The notes under the pieces are model-generated. The model was not told the origin of the DNA. It did no database searches and was given only the letters and a program-made list of their open reading frames with translations. A DNA stretch of 64,000 nucleotides from a virus: positions 32,001 through 96,000 of the IMG/VR virus record IMGVR_UViG_3300024348_000005, one strand, 5' to 3'. Position numbers and translations under genes: made by a program. Below are positions 42,030-51,168 of this stretch, in pieces; within the stretch, counting starts at the first letter, position 1; each line of letters opens with the position of its first letter.

Positions 42030-42218
42030 ATGGAAACCTTAAAAAGAATCAAGGACCTTGTTGAAAAGATGTCGGTGGATACCCAAAAAGTATTTGATAA
42101 GGGTAATCGAAGCGCATCAATTAGAGCAAGGAAGTACGCGCAAGAAATAAAACTTCTTATCGGTGTTTACAGAAAAGAGGTATTAGACGAAATGAAAAAA
42201 CATGATGCAGGAAATTAA
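42030..42218 (+). CDS. Histone H1-like (Hc1-family) small basic protein
   Basis: KGNRSASIRARK matches the KGNKAAGTRARK motif of Bacteroidota Hc1-like proteins. Confidence 0.7.
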   Translation: METLKRIKDLVEKMSVDTQKVFDKGNRSASIRARKYAQEIKLLIGVYRKEVLDEMKKHDAGN

Positions 42219-42381
42219 ATTATTTTTATTTGTATTGAGTGTTGTTTATTCAATACGAATTATTGTTGAGTTTATTTTAAAACTAACACAGGAAAATCCT
42301 GAACCAATGAAATTGTCTAAAGTCGAACAAGCGATACAGGTGTTTGCTTTATCGTACATAATAACTTATATATTAATTTAA
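42202..42381 (+). CDS. Small two-TM membrane protein (59 aa, not in ORF track)
   Basis: MMQEIKLFLFVLSVVYSIRIIVEFILKLTQENPEPMKLSKVEQAIQVFALSYIITYILI; fills the gap exactly. Confidence 0.6.
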   Translation: MMQEIKLFLFVLSVVYSIRIIVEFILKLTQENPEPMKLSKVEQAIQVFALSYIITYILI

Positions 42382-42386
42382 AAAAC

Positions 42387-42842
42387 GTGTTCGAAAGTAT
42401 AAAATCAATAAGACCCCATTTCCATTCTTTAAGAGAAATTGAAGGTAACGTAAGTTTAGATATTAAACTACCATTAACGTGGAGATATGAAGATATCATA
42501 AAACCTTACCGTTCATTGAAAATGAAGGTCCAAGATAAAAATGAGAAATTTACTTTATTATCTTTAATAGCAAATGGAACACAAGAAGGGTACGATGTTG
42601 TATTTGCATGTGCATTAGAGATATTAACCTTTAATAAAGAAGAGGAAGAAAAACAAAATTTATTCCAACAAAAGGTAAGAGAACTCCAAGAACTATTTAA
42701 AAAAGAATCGTTAGATACATTAAAAGATATTAATCTACTTAGCAATTATGGACAAGAAGTTACAACAGGGGATGGAGTGGTTGAACAAGGAGATGGAGAA
42801 GGACAAGACGGAGACGTTGAGCCACAAGAATCGGATGATTGA
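42387..42842 (+). CDS. Hypothetical protein
   Basis: 151 aa with GTG start, coiled coil and acidic tail. Confidence 0.55.
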   Translation: MFESIKSIRPHFHSLREIEGNVSLDIKLPLTWRYEDIIKPYRSLKMKVQDKNEKFTLLSLIANGTQEGYDVVFACALEILTFNKEEEEKQNLFQQKVRELQELFKKESLDTLKDINLLSNYGQEVTTGDGVVEQGDGEGQDGDVEPQESDD

Positions 42843-42951
42843 GGAAATAAAAAATTTGGATAAAACAGAATTGTTTAAACCAAAACCAAAAAAGAAAATA
42901 TCTATAATTGATAAGATATTAAAGATATTAGGATATGGAAAAAAAAGGTGA
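42748..42951 (+). CDS. Hypothetical small basic protein
   Basis: 67 aa, overlaps both neighbours. Confidence 0.45.
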   Translation: MDKKLQQGMEWLNKEMEKDKTETLSHKNRMIEEIKNLDKTELFKPKPKKKISIIDKILKILGYGKKR

Positions 42952-43168
42952 GTTATTAAATCAATTAGCTATTATTTCCGATTTATTGGAAAAAATAAAT
43001 ACTGAAACAATTTCAAGGACGGTTGTCTTGGAATTGAATAAAGAAGAATTTCAAAAATCTTTCGAGTTAATACAAAAAAAATATGGAAGAAGAATGGACA
43101 AACCAGAAGGTTCATTTTCCATTTCAATAGGTGGAGTTGATATTATTTTTAATATGAATAATGTCTAA
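42935..43168 (+). CDS. Hypothetical protein
   Basis: 77 aa, converges on the minus-strand gene. Confidence 0.5.
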   Translation: MEKKGELLNQLAIISDLLEKINTETISRTVVLELNKEEFQKSFELIQKKYGRRMDKPEGSFSISIGGVDIIFNMNNV

Positions 43169-43787
43169 ATAATTCCCTTCGATTAAATCCCTTACTTTCA
43201 AGTAAATCATATAACATTGTCCTTTGATGAGTTGTTATATCCTTAACGAATAAAAAATTCGTTTTTTTCTTTTTTAACAAATCGTTTTTTAGAATATCAA
43301 AAAGTCTTTGAGAGTCATTAAGATTTTTATTACCAAACATTTTCACATCGTTTTCAATTTGAACAAATAAGTTTTTATTTAATGTGAATATCTGTGCCAA
43401 TTCGGAAATTGGTGTAATTTGATTTACTATTTCATGATAACGTATTCTTTTCTTAGTTTGAAAATCATAAATTAATTCCTCTTCCCAATACGGAACTATT
43501 TCTTTTATACGAAATTTACCCTCCTCAATAAGTGCCGGTTCATTCCTACCTAAACTGTCTTTAACCCAAGTTGTGGTGGCCCAACGATTGTTTGGAAATA
43601 CCAACGCCAATTCAAAAGTAAGTTCTTTATTTCTTTTACCACCCTGCATTTTAACAAACGGTGGAGTACGTTCGGTTTTAAATTCCCTCCAATAATCGTA
43701 TACGGTGGTTCTTTTCATACACCTGTACAATATTCTAACCCTTTTCTTATTACAGAAAAGAACTATAAAATATTTTCCATTTTTCAT
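43149..43787 (-). CDS. Hypothetical basic protein
   Basis: 212 aa; the only long ORF covering this interval. Confidence 0.6.
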   Translation of the reverse strand: MKNGKYFIVLFCNKKRVRILYRCMKRTTVYDYWREFKTERTPPFVKMQGGKRNKELTFELALVFPNNRWATTTWVKDSLGRNEPALIEEGKFRIKEIVPYWEEELIYDFQTKKRIRYHEIVNQITPISELAQIFTLNKNLFVQIENDVKMFGNKNLNDSQRLFDILKNDLLKKKKTNFLFVKDITTHQRTMLYDLLESKGFNRRELFRHYSY

Positions 43788-43936
43788 ATTAGTTTAATTA
43801 TTAAGGTGTATAACCCATAAACCGCTAATACTGACCATCCAACAACAAACAAAATTGTCCCCTTACTTATAAAGTCCGCAGATTTCATTAGTTCATCTTT
43901 AGTCTTATTCTTGTTTTTACATTGTGAACATCCCAT
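43784..43936 (-). CDS. Small CxxC membrane protein (50 aa, not in ORF track)
   Basis: MGCSQCKNKNKTKDELMKSADFISKGTILFVVGWSVLAVYGLYTLIIKLI; ATGA-coupled to the 212 aa gene. Confidence 0.6.
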   Translation of the reverse strand: MGCSQCKNKNKTKDELMKSADFISKGTILFVVGWSVLAVYGLYTLIIKLI

Positions 43937-44008
43937 AATCAAATATATACTATTTATTTCTTTTTTTGAATTTTTTTATCTATATTTTTTAAAGATAAAA
44001 CATAGATA

Positions 44009-44899
44009 ATGATTTCATATATTGGAGGTAAGGCAAGAATTGGTAAGTGGATAGTACCACAAATCCCTAACGACATTGAAACGTACGTGGAGGGATTTTC
44101 AGGTATGTTCTGGGTCTTTTTTAATATGGACCTTAGTAAGTTCCCCAATTTAAAAACAGTGGTCTATAATGACTTTAATAGGCTAAACGCCAATCTTATG
44201 AAGTGGTCAAAACAATACGATGTATTGTGGGAAGAATTAGCAAAATACCCATGTCAACAGTTAGGTGTGGTGGATACACCACCAGAGTATGGTGAAATGT
44301 TTAGAACGTATCAAAAAGAAGTGTTTAATTCTGAATTGGTTATTACTGACGAAAACAGTTTGGACATTGCCGGTAAATATGTTTATGTTTTGTGTCAAGT
44401 GTTCTCCGGTTCTAAACCAGAAACGGCAAGTTATACGGATTATAAAGGTGTGTACCGTTGTAAGGTTCTTATCTTTATGGATAAACTAAAAAATCCAAAG
44501 TACCGTGAACATTTTGATAAAATAACATTTGTAGAGAATATGGATTTTGAGGATGTTGTTAAAAAATATGATTCACCAACGACATATTTTTATATGGACC
44601 CACCGTATTGGAAAACCGAAAATTATTATTCAAATCACGACTTTGACGTGAATGACCACATAAGATTAGCGAAATGTATTAAAAATATTCAAGGTAAATT
44701 TGGATTATCGTATTATGATTTTCCTAAATTATCTGAATGGTTTCCAAAAAATGAAATAGGTGTAGGTAAAAATAACCAATTAACTATGTTTCAAGAAACA
44801 AGTTACAAATGGAATCAAAAAGATTTCGCTAAGGCGGCAGCAGCTAAGAAAGATGGAACTCAAAATATGGGAACTGAACTTCTAATTATAAATTATTAG
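44009..44899 (+). CDS. D12-class N6-adenine DNA methyltransferase (Dam-like)
   Basis: YIGGK, YVEGFSGM, YNDFN, YMDPPY and ELLIINY motifs. Confidence 0.85.
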   Translation: MISYIGGKARIGKWIVPQIPNDIETYVEGFSGMFWVFFNMDLSKFPNLKTVVYNDFNRLNANLMKWSKQYDVLWEELAKYPCQQLGVVDTPPEYGEMFRTYQKEVFNSELVITDENSLDIAGKYVYVLCQVFSGSKPETASYTDYKGVYRCKVLIFMDKLKNPKYREHFDKITFVENMDFEDVVKKYDSPTTYFYMDPPYWKTENYYSNHDFDVNDHIRLAKCIKNIQGKFGLSYYDFPKLSEWFPKNEIGVGKNNQLTMFQETSYKWNQKDFAKAAAAKKDGTQNMGTELLIINY

Positions 44900-44922
44900 A
44901 ATTATATTTATAAAAAAAGAAT

Positions 44923-45447
44923 ATGGAAACAACTTGGTACGTGGTAAAAGTATTACCCGGTAAAGAAAGATCATTAAGTGAGGATTTTAACAAACAAATT
45001 ACATTAGGTAAGATTAATAATATTAAAAGATTCGTTTGCCCAACTGAAAAAGAATTTGTTGTAACAAAGAAGAAAAAAGTATTAAGAGAAAAGGTAATTT
45101 ATAGTGGTTACTTGTATTTTGAAACACCAAAAAAATTAGAAGAGGACGATTTAAAAATTATTTCGTTATTTCCAAATATTATGGGTATGATGGGGGATAG
45201 GATGCCAACCATGTTAAGAGAAAATGACATAAAAAGAATTATAAAAGATGAGGTTTTAGAAAATCATATTGAATCTAAAAGATTAAAATTTATAAACGGA
45301 GAAAGAATTGTTGTATCAGAAGGACCTTTTTCATCTTTCGAGGGAATCATATCAGAGATAAAAGGAGAAAAAGTTGATATAGAGGTAAAGATATTTGGTA
45401 GGAATACCACAGTTTCATTAACTTTGGAACAAATTGAGAAATTATAA
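44923..45447 (+). CDS. nusG: Transcription elongation/antitermination factor NusG-like
   Basis: WYVVKVLPGKE NGN domain, YSGYLY, and KOW GPFSSFEG...KIFGRNT. Confidence 0.88.
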   Translation: METTWYVVKVLPGKERSLSEDFNKQITLGKINNIKRFVCPTEKEFVVTKKKKVLREKVIYSGYLYFETPKKLEEDDLKIISLFPNIMGMMGDRMPTMLRENDIKRIIKDEVLENHIESKRLKFINGERIVVSEGPFSSFEGIISEIKGEKVDIEVKIFGRNTTVSLTLEQIEKL

Positions 45448-45758
45448 TGGATAAACTTTCCCCTGAAGTTTTAATATACATTCAGTCCGTAAAAAACTAT
45501 TTTCAAAAAAACGATGAAGCTAGAGAATACTTCATTGCAAATTCAGACGAAGAACAATTCTTCAAACATTTATCAGAAATTTCACAAAAAAATTTTGATA
45601 AGAATGGTGAGGTAATGTTAGATAAAACACAATTTGAATTATTACGAGTAACAGTACAAGCAATAGCTGTGGTAACAATACCCATAGAAAATTTACCAAG
45701 TGTAGAAGATTACATTTTTATTGACATGAGAGGGTATGCAAAAATTTGTCTTAACTAA
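45447..45758 (+). CDS. Hypothetical protein
   Basis: 103 aa, TAATG-coupled to nusG. Confidence 0.55.
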   Translation: MDKLSPEVLIYIQSVKNYFQKNDEAREYFIANSDEEQFFKHLSEISQKNFDKNGEVMLDKTQFELLRVTVQAIAVVTIPIENLPSVEDYIFIDMRGYAKICLN

Positions 45759-45795
45759 CTTTATTATTAAAACAATTTAATTTATAATATAAAAT

Positions 45796-46866
45796 ATGTC
45801 ATCATTATTACCAAAAGATTACCCATTATACGATACCGTTTATGGAAGTGAAATACCAATAGAGCAATACTTTGTAATCTTATTTGATAAACTACCTTCC
45901 AAATTTGTCAATAATATATTTTATGATCCTAAAATTGTGGAGTATCTATTAACGAATGAGGGTTTTAAAGAAGAGGTAGATATTTTTTCATCAAACAGAA
46001 GATATGATTTATCGGCACAATCCTTATTTGTCAATTGTGATAAAAAAATAATGATTAGGGTTTATGGTAATACAAGTAAAGATAAAGATCCCTTAGTACA
46101 ATTGGACATCGCTTATGATATCACTAGTGGTAAGTTAGTTGAACAATTGGAATTAAATAATATAAAAATATTTGAGAGAATAAAGAAAAAATCGAATATC
46201 CAACTTGTTAAGAGTGAAATGGGACATATGGATACTGAAGAATTTGATTTATTTGTTTCACCTATGGAGTTAGAGTTGAATTATGGTTCTGAGTTTTTAA
46301 AGGTTCATGATGTAATTGTTAAAAAATTAAATGAAAATAATGGAAAGGGTATCATATTATTGCATGGAGACCCTGGTACAGGTAAGACATCTTATATCAA
46401 ACATTTAACCACTTTGATTAAAGATAAAGACATTTTATTTATTCCACCATCAATGGCGGAGATGTTATCTGAACCAACAATCATACCCTTCTTAATGGAC
46501 CATAAAAATTCTATTTTAATCATTGAGGATGCAGAACGTGTAATATCAGATAGAGAGGGTAATGGTTCACCCGCTGGTGTTTCTAACATTCTTAACCTAA
46601 CAGATGGTATCTTAGGTGATTGTTTAAGTATTCAAATAGTTGCAACATTTAATATGAAGAGAGAGAAAATTGACCAAGCATTACTTCGTAAGGGTCGTTT
46701 AATCGCAGAACATAAATTTAGTAAATTAAATGCTGATGATACGAATATATTATTAAAACATTTGAAAAAAGACCACCAAGTTTCTGAAGGAATGACATTA
46801 GCTGATATTTATAACATAGACGTCGAACTATTCAAAGCGACTAATAAAAGTAAAATTGGATTTTAA
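45796..46866 (+). CDS. AAA+ ATPase
   Basis: GDPGTGKT, LIIEDAE, LNLTDG and IDQALLRKGRL; upstream TTTATT-N17-TATAAT. Confidence 0.85.
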   Translation: MSSLLPKDYPLYDTVYGSEIPIEQYFVILFDKLPSKFVNNIFYDPKIVEYLLTNEGFKEEVDIFSSNRRYDLSAQSLFVNCDKKIMIRVYGNTSKDKDPLVQLDIAYDITSGKLVEQLELNNIKIFERIKKKSNIQLVKSEMGHMDTEEFDLFVSPMELELNYGSEFLKVHDVIVKKLNENNGKGIILLHGDPGTGKTSYIKHLTTLIKDKDILFIPPSMAEMLSEPTIIPFLMDHKNSILIIEDAERVISDREGNGSPAGVSNILNLTDGILGDCLSIQIVATFNMKREKIDQALLRKGRLIAEHKFSKLNADDTNILLKHLKKDHQVSEGMTLADIYNIDVELFKATNKSKIGF

Positions 46867-46869
46867 AAT

Positions 46870-47175
46870 ATGGAAAACGTAACAGCACAACGAGTGGATG
46901 AACTTCGATCAGAAGGTAAAAAATTATTGGTGGATTATTGGGCAAAATGGTGTGGACCTTGTAAGGCACTAATCCCAAGATTGGAATTGTTAGAGGCACA
47001 ATATCCCGATGTGACCTTTGTAAAGGTCGACGTCGATGAAAATATGGACGCCTCATTAGATTTGGGTATTAGAACTGTACCAACAATTATGATTTATAAT
47101 GGTGAAGAATTAGTTAGTCGATCTTTAGGTGCTAATAATGATATTGTTTATACGAATATTTTAGATAAATTATAA
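46870..47175 (+). CDS. trxA: Thioredoxin
   Basis: WAKWCGPCK, KVDVD and TVPT motifs. Confidence 0.92.
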   Translation: MENVTAQRVDELRSEGKKLLVDYWAKWCGPCKALIPRLELLEAQYPDVTFVKVDVDENMDASLDLGIRTVPTIMIYNGEELVSRSLGANNDIVYTNILDKL

Positions 47176-47441
47176 TGCCAAGTATTGTTATTTTTAGTTT
47201 GGATGGTTGTTTTCATTGTAAAAACCTAAAAAACAGTTTAAACAAATTAAACATTCCATTTATTGATGTTGAAATTGGTCAAAATCAAAAATTATGGGAT
47301 AAAGTGGTTGAACAAACAGGACACAATGTCCTACCTACGGTCTTTATTAAGCAAGAAAATACCGAAGATGGACCCGTTTATATTCCGGGTAGAGACTACC
47401 AAACGGAAGATGAAATAGTTGAAATACTAAAAAATTTATAA
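47175..47441 (+). CDS. Glutaredoxin-like protein
   Basis: GCFHC and VLPTVFI motifs. Confidence 0.8.
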   Translation: MPSIVIFSLDGCFHCKNLKNSLNKLNIPFIDVEIGQNQKLWDKVVEQTGHNVLPTVFIKQENTEDGPVYIPGRDYQTEDEIVEILKNL

Positions 47442-47448
47442 GTAAAAT

Positions 47449-47476
47449 AAAAAAGGGATAAAAAAATCCCTTTTTT
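47449..47476 (+). terminator. Intrinsic (possibly bidirectional) terminator
   Basis: AAAAAAGGGAT-A-rich loop-ATCCCTTTTTT. Confidence 0.75.
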
Positions 47477-47526
47477 CATGCCCATAAGTAGAATAAAAGT
47501 ATTTATGTAAAAGACTTTACTTTTAC

Positions 47527-50229
47527 ATGGCTTTACAAAAGATAAATTGGACCCAGATTGATACTGAGGTCGTTCCTTCAGGTACCACAATTAATTTAGG
47601 TGCAATATCAGGACCACTTCGTGCGGTCTACGCGGAAAATCTTTACATATCAGGTCAATCAATAGGTGATTTTGTTGCTGGTGCGGGAACAAATGAATTA
47701 AATCAATTTAGTGCATCGGTTAAAGAAGCACTTGAATTCACAGGTTCTAACTTAACAGTTAAAGGAAATCTATTAGTAAAGGGTACAACAACCGCAATCA
47801 ATTCAACAACAGTTGCTATTGGTGATAATGTTATAGAATTAAATGGTACTTCAGCGGTAAACGGTGGATTACTAATTAAAGACCCAACAAACCCAAATAC
47901 AATTTCAGGGTCGTTACTTTGGGACACAACTTTAGATTATTGGAAAGCGGGTCAATTAGGTAGTGAAGAAAAAATAATATTATTAAGTGAACTTAATAGC
48001 GCGACTTCATCTTTATCCGCATCAATTAATACCCTATCGGGGTCATTATCTTCGTCAATATCAAATATATCTTCGTCATTTTCGGCATCAATTGCCAATT
48101 TACAAGACACTAATATTTGGCAACCAACAGGATCATTCTACGGAACCTCTCAAAATATTAAAATTACAGGTAGTGGTGCACTTCTTAACTCACCAGATGG
48201 TGCGGTTACTGGAAAATATGCATTACAGGTTTCACAATCAATACACGCAGCAAATATTAATGTAGGTATACCAACATCTAACGATTGGAAAACAAGTTTA
48301 GAGGGTTCATATTTTAATAATTTCGATAAAAATACAGACGTATCTGAAATATTAAGATTTGTTGCGGGATTATTATCATCTTCCGCTCCTGATGCGTCAC
48401 CAAACACAAAGGGATATAGTAGTTACACAAAAAATAACGTTAACACCACAACAGGTACGGTAACGGTTGGTAGTATTCCACAAAATTCAACGAACACAAC
48501 AATCACTTACTTACAAGGTAAAGGATTTGCAACAACAGGAACTACAATTTTTAGTGGTATATCACCGATTTATACACAAACAAATTATGGACATACATTC
48601 ACAAGTGTATCATCAGGAACAACAATTGTATCGTCTTCGGTTGATTCACAATTATTTGGATTAGGTACATTAAGTAGTGGTACACCAACCTCACTTAAAG
48701 TTTCAGGTTCATTTACTTTTAAGTTTAAAGATAATAGTTCAAAAACAGACACCTCAACATCAGGTTCACAATCTTTAATTACACAAACGGGTGCAGGAAC
48801 AACAAGCGGAGTATCGTTAGCAAGAATTAATACCGCAAATAATGCGGTAATACCTCCAGCATATCAGGATGGTAAATTTGCAACAGTATTTTCACCATCA
48901 TTATATGGTGCAAGTAGTGATGTTAGTTCAAGTGGATGGTACCACATATCAAGTTCAATTAGTATTGCAAGTGGATCAAGTCCATTTACCACACCAATTG
49001 ATAGTTTTACCGAAGTATTCTACGCACCATTAACAACAATATCAACAAATATTTCTGCACAAACACCTACATTTAGTGGTGTAAGTGTTAATGGAATAAC
49101 TGCGGTGTCTCGTTCATTGAGTGGAGCACCTTATTTAAGTTCGGCAACATACACTATATCAGGTTCAATATTAGGATTGTTTAATCCTTTATATTACGCT
49201 GGTACAGGAATTGCAACAATTACAGATTCGGATTCTTTAGTAACTGAGTCGGGTGGAATATTAACAGTATCGACCGCCGGAGGAACAATACAAACAGCAA
49301 ATGCCGTTTACGATTCAACAGGTGTGACCGTTAGAAGTACGGGAACAGTTCCATATGAAACTGACATTGTAAAAGTTTATACAACATCATCGTTTGCACC
49401 AGGTACATCTGACGAAAATATAAATCAAATAGGTTTAGGTACAACATCATTCTCATTACAAATAAACGGATTAAATAAAGCGGGAACTACAACAACAAAC
49501 ACATCAACAGTTTCATATCATACCGCAGGTAATTTTGGACAACCAAGTGATAGTGGTAGTTTAGCATATTATGGTAGAGTACAAGGAACAGATACGTCAA
49601 CATCGCTAGTTGAATCTTTTACAGGTGAAAACAATCGTTTAGTAGTTGATGATAATATTTTATCATTTACAGGTACTTCTTGGACAACATCATTTGGTTT
49701 ATATAATTTAGGTAATACGGATTTACAAGTTAAACCGGGATTTTTAGTTAAACCTGGTGGAACGTATGGATATTGGTTAACCAATCCAAGTTCTGCAAGT
49801 GATTACAAATACTACATTCGTAAAATTAGTAGTGGTGCTTCATCAAACAAAGTGTCAATGACATTAAATGTCGGACAAGCACTTGTAAATTGGACATCAT
49901 CGACTTCAAATTCAGTTGCGGTAGCACTTCTTTTTGAATCCGCTAAAAGTGGAATTTATACACCATCAAGGTTCTTTGACCCTTCGGATACATTAAGTAA
50001 TGTAATAAATTCTTCAATATCGGCAAATACGGATGGTACAAATCCATTTGGAAGTGCAATTGCTTTGTATGGAAATACTGGTGGTTCTCTATCAAGTACA
50101 ACATATACAATTCCTTTAAGACCAGCAGATGGATTTACAGTAAATGCAACATATGATGAAGTTTATGTGATTGTAAGATATAAAGGGGACCCAACACCAA
50201 TAACGACGATAACAACAACATTTAGTTAA
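47527..50229 (+). CDS. Ser/Thr-rich tail fibre/spike-associated structural protein
   Basis: GNLLVKGTTTAINSTTVAIGDNVIELN fibre motif; beta-rich 900 aa. Confidence 0.6.
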   Translation: MALQKINWTQIDTEVVPSGTTINLGAISGPLRAVYAENLYISGQSIGDFVAGAGTNELNQFSASVKEALEFTGSNLTVKGNLLVKGTTTAINSTTVAIGDNVIELNGTSAVNGGLLIKDPTNPNTISGSLLWDTTLDYWKAGQLGSEEKIILLSELNSATSSLSASINTLSGSLSSSISNISSSFSASIANLQDTNIWQPTGSFYGTSQNIKITGSGALLNSPDGAVTGKYALQVSQSIHAANINVGIPTSNDWKTSLEGSYFNNFDKNTDVSEILRFVAGLLSSSAPDASPNTKGYSSYTKNNVNTTTGTVTVGSIPQNSTNTTITYLQGKGFATTGTTIFSGISPIYTQTNYGHTFTSVSSGTTIVSSSVDSQLFGLGTLSSGTPTSLKVSGSFTFKFKDNSSKTDTSTSGSQSLITQTGAGTTSGVSLARINTANNAVIPPAYQDGKFATVFSPSLYGASSDVSSSGWYHISSSISIASGSSPFTTPIDSFTEVFYAPLTTISTNISAQTPTFSGVSVNGITAVSRSLSGAPYLSSATYTISGSILGLFNPLYYAGTGIATITDSDSLVTESGGILTVSTAGGTIQTANAVYDSTGVTVRSTGTVPYETDIVKVYTTSSFAPGTSDENINQIGLGTTSFSLQINGLNKAGTTTTNTSTVSYHTAGNFGQPSDSGSLAYYGRVQGTDTSTSLVESFTGENNRLVVDDNILSFTGTSWTTSFGLYNLGNTDLQVKPGFLVKPGGTYGYWLTNPSSASDYKYYIRKISSGASSNKVSMTLNVGQALVNWTSSTSNSVAVALLFESAKSGIYTPSRFFDPSDTLSNVINSSISANTDGTNPFGSAIALYGNTGGSLSSTTYTIPLRPADGFTVNATYDEVYVIVRYKGDPTPITTITTTFS

Positions 50230-50243
50230 TAATTATATAGTAG

Positions 50244-51122
50244 ATGGCAGCAATAGATAGTACTAAAAAATCAGGTAGGTTCCTTCAAAGTAGAAGGTAT
50301 ACACACGATACATTTACCGATGCTCAAGAAGCGTTTACATCGGTATTAGACATCAATGCTAGTGAAATTTACATCGATCAAGATTTAATACCTAATAGTG
50401 GGTTACCATACAATAGTGTTGGTCAAGACGGTTCAATATATTCTAGTAATGGTCAACAAGTAATGAAATATTACTATAGACAAACAATGACTAAGTCTGA
50501 CACAAACAACGAAGTTTGGTTTTTCTTAGTACCAACAGGTTCAACATCGGGAGTTGGGGCAAGTTTAATTGTTGTAAGTCAACAAACAAATTTTATTTCA
50601 CCAAAATATTCAATATCGTCTTTAGCTAACTCAAATACCGAAGATGCAACTCCCGGTTATGGTGTTAAAGTTTTAATAAACGGGGTTCAACAATCAGTTA
50701 ATAACTACGCGTTTGATTATAAAACAGGTGTTTTGCAATTTGCATCAACAGCAGTTGCCCCAACAAGTGGACAAGTTGTAACAATATCCGCTTACCAATA
50801 TGTTGGTAGAACATTATCTTCACAAGTCGGTGGAAGCGGTTCTACGGTTTATGATATTTTTAAACCCACTGGTTCATTTTTTGCAACGACAAACGATTTA
50901 CAAGTCACGGGTTCAATGACAATAAAGGGAGATTTAAGAGTTGAGGGTACAACAACGTTAGTTCAAACTTTAGATCAAAATGCACAATCATTAATCATAT
51001 CGGGAGCGGCAAGTATTGTAAGAAATCAATTTGTTTCTGCATCACTATCAATTCAAAATTTAGGAACGTTTGCGGATAGGTCGATGAATTCAGAAATTGA
51101 TTGTGGAGATGGTTATTTTTAA
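50244..51122 (+). CDS. Tail-fibre-associated protein
   Basis: FDYKTGVLQF, YQYVG, GDLRVEGTTT and C-terminal IDCGDGYF. Confidence 0.55.
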   Translation: MAAIDSTKKSGRFLQSRRYTHDTFTDAQEAFTSVLDINASEIYIDQDLIPNSGLPYNSVGQDGSIYSSNGQQVMKYYYRQTMTKSDTNNEVWFFLVPTGSTSGVGASLIVVSQQTNFISPKYSISSLANSNTEDATPGYGVKVLINGVQQSVNNYAFDYKTGVLQFASTAVAPTSGQVVTISAYQYVGRTLSSQVGGSGSTVYDIFKPTGSFFATTNDLQVTGSMTIKGDLRVEGTTTLVQTLDQNAQSLIISGAASIVRNQFVSASLSIQNLGTFADRSMNSEIDCGDGYF

Positions 51123-51168
51123 TTCAAAAATAAAGTATTTATATAAATAAAAAGAACAACAAACGCAA

